NCBI GenBank assembly: GCA_038087875.1 | Contig: CM075987.1 | Location: 19,780,001 to 19,844,000 of the forward strand | Length of the DNA stretch: 64,000 nt | Reading direction: 5' to 3' | Source of the DNA: Malacoraja senta | Lineage: Eukaryota | Shown here: piece by piece, positions 52,590 to 64,000 of the stretch | Position numbering within the stretch: the stretch's first letter is position 1 | Layout: each line of letters opens with the position of its first letter | Notes under the pieces: model-generated | Database searches by the model: none | The model's input: the letters and a program-made list of their open reading frames with translations, nothing else | Told to the model about the DNA's origin: nothing | Made by a program: the position numbers and the translations under genes

Positions 52590-54970
52590 ACATCACTGGA
52601 GCAATATCAGTAGACTGGGTGATGTTCAAGGACTTGGCAATGGAACTGAAAAAATGCTACAGGTGTAACCAACTTCATATGGAAATGTGTGGAGGAGTAT
52701 GTTCCCACCAAGACCATCCAAAGTTTCCCTAATCAGAAGTCATGGACGAACCAGAAAGTCTGCAATCTACCGAGGATGAGATATCTGACATTCAAATCTG
52801 GCAATACAGGGTCATATATGAAGTTCAGGCACAACCTCGAGAAAACCATTGAGGAAGCAAAGAGACTCGCTTGGTCTAAACTGGAAAATCAGATGTTTTC
52901 GGCAGCTGCACACGGCTTGCATGCCATTACTTCCTATAAAGTGAAATCACGCAGTAGCTTAAGTAACAGAGATGCATTACTCCTGGATAAGCTCAGTCCT
53001 TTGGTCACTTTGAAAGGGTGATCATCGATGTACCTTCTCAGGCCCCCATGGTCCCCGACTATACTGTATTCTGAGTCACCAAGGACGTGTCAGAAGATCC
53101 TTCATGAAGATAAACCCTCAGAACGCGACCAGCCCCAATTATATATCTAACTTGTTCTTAAAACCCACATGGACCATTTGGCTGGTGCTTTTGTTTCTCG
53201 CTGCTGACATACAAAGTCCCCAACTGTTTCACTACAATGACTACTGACCAATAGCACTTGCTCAGTAGTGATGATGTGCTTTGAGAGGTTGAATATAACA
53301 CATATCAACTCCTACCTTAATGAGGTCCTGGACCCACCACAATTTGCCTACCATCACAACCAATCAGGGGCGGAAAACCCTGGGGGGCCAGAAGGGACAC
53401 GTCCCCCCCATGTTTTGAGAGGTGAGGGACATCCCCCCTAAGATTTTGTCATCCGGATTTTAAAATCTCCGCTTTCCGCGAGACAGTGGAGGTGGGACTG
53501 CTGATTGGACGAGAGAGACGTCGGTCAGCAGGCAATGGGACCGGGACATGATGATTCAGCACGATGATTGGAGGAGGGAGGAGTGGGGGGGGTGAGACTG
53601 AGGATAGAGTTGAGCTGCATTTAGCACTGGATTGAGCCTCCGAAGCCTTGCGCATGTGTGTGCGGGTGTGCGCATGCGCGCGCGGCAGCCAAAAAATTGT
53701 GTCCCCTGTCCCCCGGTCCCCTCCATGTTTTGATAGCGAGTTCCGTGCCTGCAACCAATCAACAGGAGATGTGATCTTGCTCACTCTCCACTCTGCTCTG
53801 GAGCACTTGGACCCAAATAACATGCACATCAAGCAGTTGTTCATTGACCACAGTTCAGTATTCAACACCAAGTTTAAGTATTAAACTTAACATCAGACTT
53901 GGGGAACTGGGTCAAAACTTCTGCAGAAGGGTCCTGACCTGAAACATCACCCATCCTTTTTCTCCAGAGATGCTGCCTGAGTTACTCCAGCACTTTGTGT
54001 CTATCTTTGTATAAACCTACATCTGTAGTTCTTTGTTTCTAACACTTCCTCCTAGATGACCATCAACAAAGGAGCACTTTATGATAATGCTCTGCTCTCT
54101 CTATACCCATTAATGTGTAGACTCGACTCGACTCCAAAACCATCTTTACAATTGTCGCTATATCACCATTTGTAGGATGAATAACAGGTAACAAGAAATC
54201 AGAGTACAGGAAGGAGATTGATAATCTGATTGAATGGAAACAGAACCACAATTTTGCTCTCACTGTTACCAAGACCAAGGAGCTGATTTATGGTTTCAGG
54301 AAAGGAAGGTCTGTCTACATCGATGGCAGTGAAGAGAGTCAAAAGATCTGTCATGGGCTAGCACACTGAAAGCCCTTCAATGCCTCTACTTCCTTAGAAG
54401 AGTGAGGAGATTTAGTATGTCGGCAAATTATCAAACCAACAGGTATACGGTAGAGAGCATATTGACTGGTTGCATCATAGCCTGGTTCAGTAACTTGAAT
54501 AGCCAGAAATGAAGGGAGCTGCAGTAAGTGGTAGACATTGCCTGGCCTACCACAAGTACTGGCCTCCCCACCATCTAAGCCACCTACAGGAGGCACCGCC
54601 TCAAAAAAACAGTTAACATCATCAAAGACTTAGACCACCCAGACCACGCTGTCATCTCGTTATTTCAATCGGCAAGAAGGTACAGAAGGCAGAAAACTGA
54701 TACGTTCAGGTTCATCCCACCAGGCATCAGCCTCTTGAGCACTACACGACACTAACCACAACTTTACCTCAGCAATAATGATCTACTATGGACTTTGTTT
54801 TGGGTGCACTATATATTTCGGTTTAGCATTATTATTTTCTCGTTAATTTGACTGATTATTAATTTATCATTTTACTAATTGTGTGCTACTGCATTAATGG
54901 GTTTGTAAAGTTGCAGCAAGAAAGAATTTAATTGTTCCGTTGCTGGTACATATGACAAATACTCTTGACA
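52590..54970 (+). mobile_element. Degenerate Rex-Babar LINE with nested inserts
   Basis: VPTKTIQSFPNQKSW, MCFERL, LDPPQFAY, LHSALEHLD..LFIDHSSVFNT, EYRKEIDNLIEW...KTKELI; 3' tail. Confidence 0.8.
53365..53751. mobile_element. hAT-type MITE
   Basis: Perfect 8-bp TSD CAACCAAT (53357-53364, 53752-53759); imperfect TIR CAGGGGCGGAA / CAGGCACGGAA; subterminal GGGAC/GTCCC repeats. Confidence 0.88.
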
Positions 54971-55053
54971 TAATCACCAGCCTATTGTGGCATTCTCCTT
55001 CTGTTTAATGAGTAATAGAAAATAACTGCAGATGCTGGTTTATAGCAAATATA

Positions 55054-57867
55054 CAATGCCCTCCATAATGTTTGGGACAAAGACCCATCATTTATTTATT
55101 CGCCTCTGTATTCCACAATTTGAGATTTGAGGCCATTGTTATACATTTTGGTTTCACCATGTAGAAATTACAGCAGTGTTTATACATAGTCCCCCCATTT
55201 CAGGGCACCATAATGTTTGGGCCACATGGCTTCATAGGTGTTTGTAATTGCTCGGGTGCGTAATAATTGCCTCCTTAATGCAGGTATAAGCGAGCTCTCA
55301 GCACCTAGTCTTTCCTCCAGTCTTTCCATCACCTTTGGAAACTTTTATTGCTGTTTATCAACATGAGGACCAAAGTTGTGCCAATGAAAGTCAAAGAAGC
55401 CATTATGAGACTGAGAAACAAGAATAAAACCAGCCAAACCTTAGGCTTACCAAAATCTACTGTTTGGAACATCATTAAGTAGAAACACTCTTCATTAGCA
55501 CTATTTTCTCGTTAGTTTGAAGAAACACTCTTCATTAGTACTATTATAATCTCGTGGATTTGTCAATGACCACTGTCCGCAGAAGACTTCATGAACAGAA
55601 ATACAGAGGCTATGCTGCAAGATGCAAACCACTGGTTAGCCGCAAAAATAGGATGGCCAGGTTACAGTTTGCCAAGAGGTAGTTAAAAGAGCAACCACAG
55701 TTCTGGAAAAAGGCCTTGTGGACAGATGATATGAAGATTAACTTATATCAGAGTGATGGCAAGAGCAAAGTATGGAGGAGAGAAGGAGCTGCCCAAGATC
55801 CAAAGCATACCACCTCATCTGTGAAACACGGTGGTGGGGTTGTTATGGCCTGGAGGTACTGGCTCATTTATCTTCATTGATGATACAACTGCTGATGGTA
55901 GGAGCATAATGAATTCTGAAGTGTATAGACGCATCCTATCTGCTCAAGTTCAAACAAATGCCTCAAAACTCATTGGCCGGTGGTTCATTCTACAGCAAGA
56001 CAATGATCCCAAACATACTGCTAAAGCAACAAAGGAGTTTTTCAAAGCTAAGAAATGGTGAATTCTTTTTTTTAAATATTTATTTTATTAGAAGCAATTG
56101 TACAAGGAGAAAGTAATCAACATAACAATTATACAATTTTCGTACAGCTTCAGTTTTAACATTTTATAAACTAATAGGTAAATCGGAAAAAAGAAAAAAG
56201 GAAAGAACGGAAAGGAAGAAGAAAGGAAAAAGAAAAGAAAGAATTTAGAAAAAGATACAAAAAAGAAAAAAGAAAAACCCCTGAACTAACGAAGAAGTGA
56301 AAAGAAAAGCGGAGATATATCCCACTACCCTTCCCTATGCCCGCTCACCCGGCCCTAGCGTCGGTTTTGAATTTGTGTTCAACCATTGTGTTGTTGAAGA
56401 AATTCAATGAAAGGAGACCATATTTTGGAAAATTAATCTGATTTGTCAAACAAAACAAGCCTTATTTTTTCTAAATGTAGTGTCTCGGTCATTTCTGTGA
56501 TCCACATCTTCACTGTGGTAACTGTTATCTTTTTCCAGAATTTAAGTATAATTTTTTTCGCAGTTATTAAACCATAATCAAGGAAACATCTTTGGAATAT
56601 CGTTAACTTAGGGCAGCCCTCTGACATTCCTAATATTAATTTTGAATCTGACTCCAATTGAATTTTGAGTGTTTTAGAAATGGTATTGAATATTCCCGTC
56701 CAGAAGTTTTGTATTTTTATACAGGATATACAAAAGAATGGGTTAGGGTAGCTTCTTGGAAGTTACATTTATCACAGAGGGGGGAGACAGTTGGGAAGAT
56801 CTTGTTCAGTTTGGTCTTTGAGTAGTATAACCTATGCAATACTTTGAATTGTATAAGGCAACGCCTGGCATTTAAAGAACAGTAATGTAGGCTTTCCTCA
56901 CATATATCTTTTGAAATGGGTAAACCCAGCTCGTCCTCCCATGTTCGCCTATAAATCTCAGAAGGTGGGGTGTCAATATTTAGAAGAGTGTTATAAATGT
57001 AAGATATCAACTTACTTGTATCGGCATGTCTATTCAAACAATCGTCTAATATATCTGGGCCCACAAAAGAACAGTCTTGTGTATATGTTTTCACATAATC
57101 TAGAATTTGAAGGTATCTAAAAAAATTGTTGGCGTTCAAGTGATATTTCTCCTGTAGTTCTCGAAAAGAAGAGAGAGTCCCCTTCTTATAGAGGTCTCCC
57201 ACAGTATTGATTCCCAGGTTCTTCCATTGAACAAACACCATATCTAAAGTAGACGGTTTAAATGAGGGATTGTTTGCAATAGGAAGAAGGAGAGACACGT
57301 TTCTCAATTTAAGACTGAATTTCAGCTGTTTCCAGATACGGATAGTACTATGTATTATCGGATTTTGCAAAAAATTGTCAATTCTTGAGTGGCCAAGTCA
57401 ATCACCCGATTTGAACCCAATTGAGCATGCCTTTTATATGCTGAAGAGAAAACTGAAGGGGACAAGCCCCCAAAATAAGCATAAGCTAAAGATAGCTGCA
57501 ATACAGGCAATGGCAGAGGATCACCAGAGAAGACACCCAGCAACTGGTTATGTCCATGAATCGCAGACTTCAAGCAGTCATTGCATGCAAATGATATGCA
57601 ACAAAATACTAAACATGACTACTTTAATTTACATGACACTGCTGCATCCCAAACTTTATGGTGCCCTGAAATGGGGGGACTATATATAAACACTGCTGTA
57701 ATTTCTACATGGTGAAACCCAAATGTATAAAAATGGCCTTTATTAAAATCTGACAATGTGCACTTTAACCACATGTGATCTTTTTCTATTACAAATCTAA
57801 AATTGTGGAATACAGGGGCAAATAATTAAATAAAGGGTCTTTGTCCCAAACATTATGGAGGGCACTG
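55054..57867 (+). mobile_element. Tc1-family DNA transposon with long IR/DR-type termini; transposase pseudogene
   Basis: TA TSDs; outer TIR CA(A/G)TGCCCTCCATAATGTTTGGGACAAAGACCC; inner repeat at ~55201-55222 and ~57647-57668; transposase motifs MRTKVVP, WTDD, VKHGGG, LQQDNDPKHTA, EWPSQSPDLNPIEH. Confidence 0.95.
56068..57371 (-). mobile_element. 5'-truncated L1 inserted into the Tc1 transposase gene
   Basis: ORF2 C-terminus (NPIIHSTIRIW, LIQFKVLHRLY, CDKC..LTHSF); poly-A on minus strand; 15-bp TSD AAATGGTGAATTCTT (56053-56067) / AAATTGTCAATTCTT (57372-57386). Confidence 0.92.
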
Positions 57868-58639
57868 TATACACAAAAAATTGGACTAACTCAGCGGGTC
57901 AGGCAGCATCTCTGGAGAATATGGATATGTACGTTTTGGGTTGGAACGCTTCTTCAGACTGAAGAAAGGTCCCAACCCAAAATGTCACCAATCCAGTTTC
58001 TCCAGAGACGTTGCCTGACCCAGTGAATTACTCCAGTATTTTGTGTCTATCCTCTGTTTATTGAATACCCATTGCTTTTAATGAATGCAAGTTTATCTAT
58101 AGGAATTTCCTTAATTAACTGTGCACATGTCTATATACACTGTGTGCATTTCATTACCAAATAACCAGCCAATCCGAGCAAGAAAGCATCCTTTAAAGGG
58201 ACGTAATGTGTCAGGCAGAATCTGTGGAAAAAGAGGGACAGTTGTCGTTTCGAGTCAAGACCCAGTCCAGGTGCAGTCTCTTGACCCTTGTTCCACCCCA
58301 TTGCCTCCACAGCTGCTACCTGATCTGCTGAGATTCCCCTAGCGATCTTTTTTTGCTCTGGATTACAGAATTTTCAGAACCGCGTTCTGACTTTGGCTAC
58401 ATAATTGTTTATCCCTTGTCAAGTAAAAATGATATTTCAAAAATACTTTATGCAATCCAATTTCAATTCTAAAGGAAATTGAAAGTGTGTGTATTGGGGA
58501 ATATTACATCTTTATTAAGTACCTTCAGAAATATTACCAAGCTAAATAAAAGTGCCTGTAGGAATATCTCAATTCTGTTTATATGTTTTTGTTTCATATC
58601 CTGATACCTTTATTTTGCAGTTTTCGTCTTGAACATTTT

Positions 58640-59130
58640 GTGTCCACACATCCTTAGCGTTTTGGGAGAATTCCAGATGTCCACTCCCCTTGTGTGAAAA
58701 AAATGCTTGCTGATTTCTCTCCTAAATGACTCATCTCTAATTTTAAGATTATCTCTAAGATATTGTGTAAGACATAGGACCAGAATTAGGCTATTCGGCC
58801 CATTGAGTCTGCTCTGCCATTCAATCATGGCTGATCTATTTTTCCATCTAAACCCCATTCTCCTGATTTCTCTCTGTAACCTTTGACACCTTTACTAATC
58901 AAGAACCTATCAATCTCTGCTTTGGCCTCCACTGTCATCTGGCAATGAATTGTACAGATTCTTCATCCTCTGGCAAAATAAATTCCTCCTCATCTTCATT
59001 CTAAAGGTATATCCTTTTATTCTGAGGTAGTGCCCTCTGGTTCTAGACTCTCCCACTACTAGAAACAACTCTCCATATCCACTCTATGTACGCCTTTCAT
59101 TATTCTATAGGTTGCAATGAGATACCCCCT
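58640..59130 (-). mobile_element. CR1-like 3' end fragments
   Basis: Reverse complement similar to 40927-41290. Confidence 0.75.
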
Positions 59131-59485
59131 GGGATCTCAATTGCAGGATGAATAACAGCAGCATAAATATTGCAGAAAAACATTTACTCTTGTTATTTGT
59201 AATTAGCAAAGGTCAGAAAACATTGATTTCTGGGAGTGTGAAACACAATAGGCAATTGGAGTTGAGATATATCTGTTAAGTTCTAATTAAATGTCCAAGA
59301 TGAGACCAACTGACTTAGCATAGACTTGGAAGCAAGTTTGCAATGTCCTCTGTATAGCTTAGCAGTTGTAATTGTGTTGTTAAATCATATCCATGAAGTA
59401 TTATCTTAGTAACCATCATTTGTTTCTCAATACAGATCTAAGGTACACTGCAGTTCACTTGTCCCATGTAGGGACGTGATTTGTT

Positions 59486-59714
59486 AAAGAAGGAACTGCA
59501 GATGCTGGAAAATCGAAGGTACACAAAAATGCTGGAGAAACTCAGCGGGTGCAGCAGCATCTATGGAGCGAAGGAAACGGGCAACGTTTTGGGCCGAAAC
59601 CCTTCTTCAGACGGGTTTCATCTGAAGAAGGGTTTCGGCCCGAAACGTTGCCTGTTTCCTTCACTCCATAGATGCTGCTGCACCCGCTGAGTTTCTCCAG
59701 CATTTTTGTGTACC
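59486..59714. mobile_element. Young Penelope-derived hairpin insert
   Basis: 95-bp inverted arms (59517-59611 / 59621-59715, 3 mismatches); 17-bp TSD TAGGGACGTGATTTGTT at 59469-59485 and 59715-59731. Confidence 0.88.
59622..59649 (+). ncRNA. Minimal hammerhead-ribozyme-like motif (PLE type)
   Basis: CUGAAGA-A-[GGGU-UUCG-GCCC]-GAAAC-GUU with palindromic AACGUU in place of stem III. Confidence 0.6.
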
Positions 59715-61119
59715 TAGGGACGTGATTTGTTTGGTTTACAGGAAACAGACAAGTATGAGATCTGAAATTGGGTTGGCAGATTGCTTGACATAATTGTGGT
59801 TGAGAGGGAAGTCCAACATTCAGCAAGCAGTTGAGATGGAGGCTAAAAATCCAGGGAGTGGGAGCACGTCGGGCAATCTGACCCATTTCAGTGGGGCCTG
59901 AATTTGCAAAATGTACAATTTCTCCAAAATGCTATTTTTGTTGGGTTTCGGTTGTGCCTTTAATCTAAATTTCCCCTACTCTATACTCCCTATCTCCCCC
60001 CCACCCACCCACCACTCACACATGGGTGCACATGCAGATATAGGGGGGTTCTGCAGGCTTACTGTATTATTTTAATTTATATTTTATATAGCTCAATAGG
60101 TTCATCCCTTTATCCTCCAAACCTTAGGCAACACAAGGAGTTTAAGTGTTTCGTGCTCAGAATTCTACCCTTTAACCTTGCTATCATTCTAATAAAATCA
60201 ATCATTATCTTTCTTGAGCTCATATTTATTCTTAGTAAGGTAAAGATGAATATCAAGTGCAAGGTTGACACCTGAAAAGGGAGATAAACTGACTTATTAT
60301 CCTAAATATCAAATATTTACCATTTGATTCACTTCAGTGTATTAACAGCACAGAGACTGACATTTAGTCCCTTTAATTAACTTATGTCCCACAACCTCAT
60401 ATGGTTATTATCCAATGAAAACTCTTTTCATTGAGCATAGAACAATACAACACAGGAATAGGCCCTTTGGCCCTCAATGCCAAATATGAGGCCATTAAAC
60501 TAACCTCCTCTGCCTACACATGATCCATAACCATCCATTCCCTGCCTATCCATGAGTCTCTGAAATATTATTATCGTATCTGCCTCCACCACCAGCTCAT
60601 TCCAGGCACCACCCTCTGTGCAAAAAAAAAAGAATTGCCCTGCAAATCTCCTTTAAACGTTGTCCCTCTCGCCTTGTGCCCACCAGTCATTGACGTTTCC
60701 TCTATGGGAAAAAGATTTTGACCATACATGCCTCTCATAATTTTATATACTGCTATCAGGTCTCCCCTCGGCCTCCAAATCTTCGCAGAAAACAATCCAA
60801 GTTGAGCCGTTGGGCAATTTCTACTTAAACTTAAAAAAGAAGCACACAATAAATATCTAATATAATAGTGCTGGTTTATACCAAAGATAGACACAAAGTA
60901 CTGGAGTAACTCAGCGGGTCAGGCAGTATCTGTAGAGTAAATGTATAGGTGATTTTTTTTGGGTCCGGACCCTTCTTGGGAGAGTGGGGAAGAAACCGTA
61001 ATATATAATGCAGGACACTAATTGAACCTGCAAAAAATAGATTATTGCAGGATCATTTAGTGTATATGTACACTTAATACATATTTAGTACACAAAATAC
61101 ATATACACTAGATATAAAA

Positions 61120-61620
61120 CATACCATTAAGCTGAGAAGACAGCAGAAACGATTTAGGTAGATGTTGACAGGACTGGACGGACAAAGTTGTAGGGAAGGT
61201 GATTGGGCAGGCTATGTATTTTTTCCTTGGACTATGGAAGACTGAGGGGTGATCTTATAGACATATAAAATCATGAAGGGCATACATAGGGTAAATGCAC
61301 ACAGTCTTTTTCACGGAGGGGGAGGGGATTTAAAAAAAAGAGGGCATATCTTTGAGTTCAGGGGAGAGATTTGATAGGAAGCTGAGGGGCAATTTCTTCA
61401 CACAGAGGATGGTACGTAAATGGAAAGAGCTGCCAGAGGAAGTGGTTAACTCGGGTACAACAACAACATAAGGGACATTTGGACAGGTACATAGATCGGA
61501 AAGGTTTGAGGGATATTGGTCAAATCCAGGTCAATGGGATTATCGTAGACGGGCATCATGTTTGCTATGGGCAAGTTGGGCTGAAGAACCTATTTCCTTA
61601 TTGTTCACTCTATGACTCTA
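61120..61620 (+). mobile_element. Degenerate CR1-like 3' end
   Basis: Similar to 50520-51000; CTCTATGA tail. Confidence 0.75.
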
Positions 61621-61878
61621 TAGAACAAAATTTAATGTACAATTAGGCAGCATAACTAGAAAGACAGATGAAATTATTGATATCATTGTCTAGTCTAGAA
61701 GTCTAGTGAGTTCAGTTTTTTAAGTTTGCATGAATGCCAAAAGACTTCACCTATCTTGATAGATATCAGAAAATTATAGAAACCTAACAACAAGACCAGG
61801 TCAATCTGAACTTCATGTCTGATTCATCATTTGATTAGATCGTGACTGATCTGATTTGTGCCTCATATTTTTCTGATT

Positions 61879-62008
61879 GTTAAAGAAGGAACTGCAGATG
61901 CTGGAAAATCGAAGGTACACAAAAATGCTGGAGATACTCAGCGGGTGCAGCAGCATCTATGGAGCGAAGGAAATAGGCAACGTTTCGGGCCGAAACCCTT
62001 CTTCAGAC
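61879..62008 (-). mobile_element. Young Penelope-derived short insert with intact hammerhead-like motif (61978-62006)
   Basis: 10-bp TSD TTTTCTGATT (61869-61878, 62009-62018); near-identical to the left arm at 59486-59611. Confidence 0.85.
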
Positions 62009-64000
62009 TTTTCTGATTCGCTGCCCATAACTGAATCTTCAAATGGGCTTTGACTTAGATGACATATCACCATTTTTGGATTCCAGCCTCTCAGGATATG
62101 TGCCAATATTATTAAGTTTTTGATTATTCATGTTGGAGTTTGGTGATGCATACATCTGAAATGATAATACTGAAATGATCGAGATCTTAATCAGCCCTTA
62201 GTTATGAATAGTGCGCTCAAGTTTTTTAAAATAACAGAAATATTTAAAACTGGAAGTGGAACAGAGTATAAGCTGGAGTGTTAGTAGTAGACGACTGAAT
62301 TATAAGGAAATACTTGAACATTCGGAATATTTAATGTTGAAGACATGACATTGTTGAATAGGAAAAATGAGTAATCAAAAAAATTGATAAGTTAGTATTC
62401 GAGCATTATTTAAAATTAAATTGATTACAGGAGAGGAAGTGTAGAGTGGTAAAAGGCAAATGTTTGTTGCTGTCAGGAGATGCATTGTTTTAGAAAAATA
62501 ATTAATATATGTCATCTTTCAGGAGAATAGTGTAGGCAAAACTATAGTATGGAAAACAGATGGACTTTTGTAAAGTAGAGTGTTAGGTACAATTCTTATT
62601 TCTACTGCCAATAGTTAAATATTGCAACTGCTGGAAATCTGAAGCAAAATCTGAAAATTATGAACTGTCTTTAAGTCAGGCAGCACTGGTTGAGAGGACA
62701 GAAGTTAATATTTCCATTACAGAACTGCAGTTCTTAGAAATGCATGGTATTATATATGAACAATATTTTTTTTGAAACAGAAGATGGTAAAGGTGGGAGG
62801 GGGCAAAGCCATTATGAACACATCAAAAGATGGTAAAGAATGCTCAAGAAGCAGAGGTAGCAAATTGACAAAAGCGAGTACACGTATAATGGAAAACAAT
62901 GGCATGCATTAAACATTTTAAGGAAATGGAAAGTGTGAAAGTAACTGAAGAAGGAAAGTAGAATAGGAAATTTGACATAAGCAATGAAGTGGATTCCCAG
63001 TGGAAGAAAATAAAATAGCAAGTTGATTCCAAGGAAATGCATTTTACCAGCATAAACTGATTGGGATATTACCCCGATCCCAAGCACAATCCCATGTTCG
63101 GCATAATTTCCTTCTCTCTCGCATTCCCGGGGATGCTGCTATGTTTGCACTTTAAAATAGAACATACATGCAGTCCCTGGGTTATGTAAATTTTCCATTC
63201 CTGAGAACTGTCCGTTTTTTCATGTCAGAAAGAGCAATTCCAAAAAAGGTCAATTAACATGAACATTTCTTTATTGTCATTCCTGTGTAGTTACAATGGT
63301 ACAGAATTAGAATGTCTGACATCTAGTGGCTAGTTTCCATGACATAAATGTATTAATGAATGTTTCATTGTTTGCAAAATTATTTAACAATTATCAATAG
63401 AGAAGTTTGCCTTATCAGTTTCCAAAGTAAATCTCTTAAATGGGCTCCTGCTATGAATCAGCACCTGCGTTCTCAACAGATAATGGTGCCTGTTTGATTA
63501 CTGCGGGAATGTTACACGACTGGTTGTCTTTTGAATTATTTAGCTGCTACCTGTATTCCATTACTGCTGTAGTTGTTTGCATACCTGTGACGAACTTTCC
63601 TATTCCAAAAACTATTTAAAGAATGATGGAAGAATTTGCGTAAAGCCAGATTTCCATGTCAAGGCTTCTGTTATCTAGCAGTTCCTGACTGGCTGGAGTA
63701 AAATGATAATTAAAGTTATGATGTGGTATAGATATCTGTATTATGGCCTGACCAAAATTAGCTGAGTGTTTAATAGAAAGGAGAATGCTGTGTTTTAAGT
63801 GCCTTGCATTTCATGTATAAAGTACAGAACATGTTTGGTCATGGACAATAACTTGTACTGATTTCTTTAACATCTGTTTTATCAAGCATTTCTGAATTAA
63901 AATTCAATACTGGAAACATTAATATGTTCCGTTGAAAAAGTCTAATTCCAGAGTGTTACCCTTGTTTCTGTTTTTTATTTCAAGAGTGTAATTGTCAGCA

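Noticed and set aside
59762..59890. Imperfect ~25-bp inverted repeat
   Set aside because: Too degenerate to classify; no TSD; probably an old MITE remnant
63960..64000. Acceptor-like TTTTTTATTTCAAG as exon 2 of the candidate gene
   Set aside because: Splicing from the phase-2 donor at 47646 gives GGA GTG TAA, an immediate stop

Overview
Eukaryotic, AT-rich, repeat-dense vertebrate genomic DNA. The repeat families (HER1/CR1-like LINEs, HE1-like V-SINEs, a Deu-domain SINE, abundant Penelope ends) point to a cartilaginous fish, probably a skate or ray; this is inference. No complete host gene is present. The only long ORF (8968-11358) is a 5'-truncated, young L1-clade ORF2. The rest is a mosaic of nested transposons: Penelope-like elements, CR1, L2, Rex-Babar, RTE, a Hero-type RLE LINE, an IR/DR Tc1 interrupted by a second L1, Harbinger and hAT MITEs, and a non-autonomous Helitron filled with minisatellites. 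A CpG-enriched domain (~43.3-48.6 kb) looks like a promoter region and contains a candidate first coding exon (ATG 47597, GT donor 47647) of an unidentified + strand gene. Most notable: (1) many short Penelope-derived inserts carry a minimal hammerhead-ribozyme-like motif, often as TSD-flanked hairpins; (2) a Helitron whose tandem repeats each contain a recursive-splice-site-like AG|GT motif; (3) a three-level TE nest with a templated-repair scar. Family names come from motif recognition, not database searches. Boundaries of old repeats are approximate.
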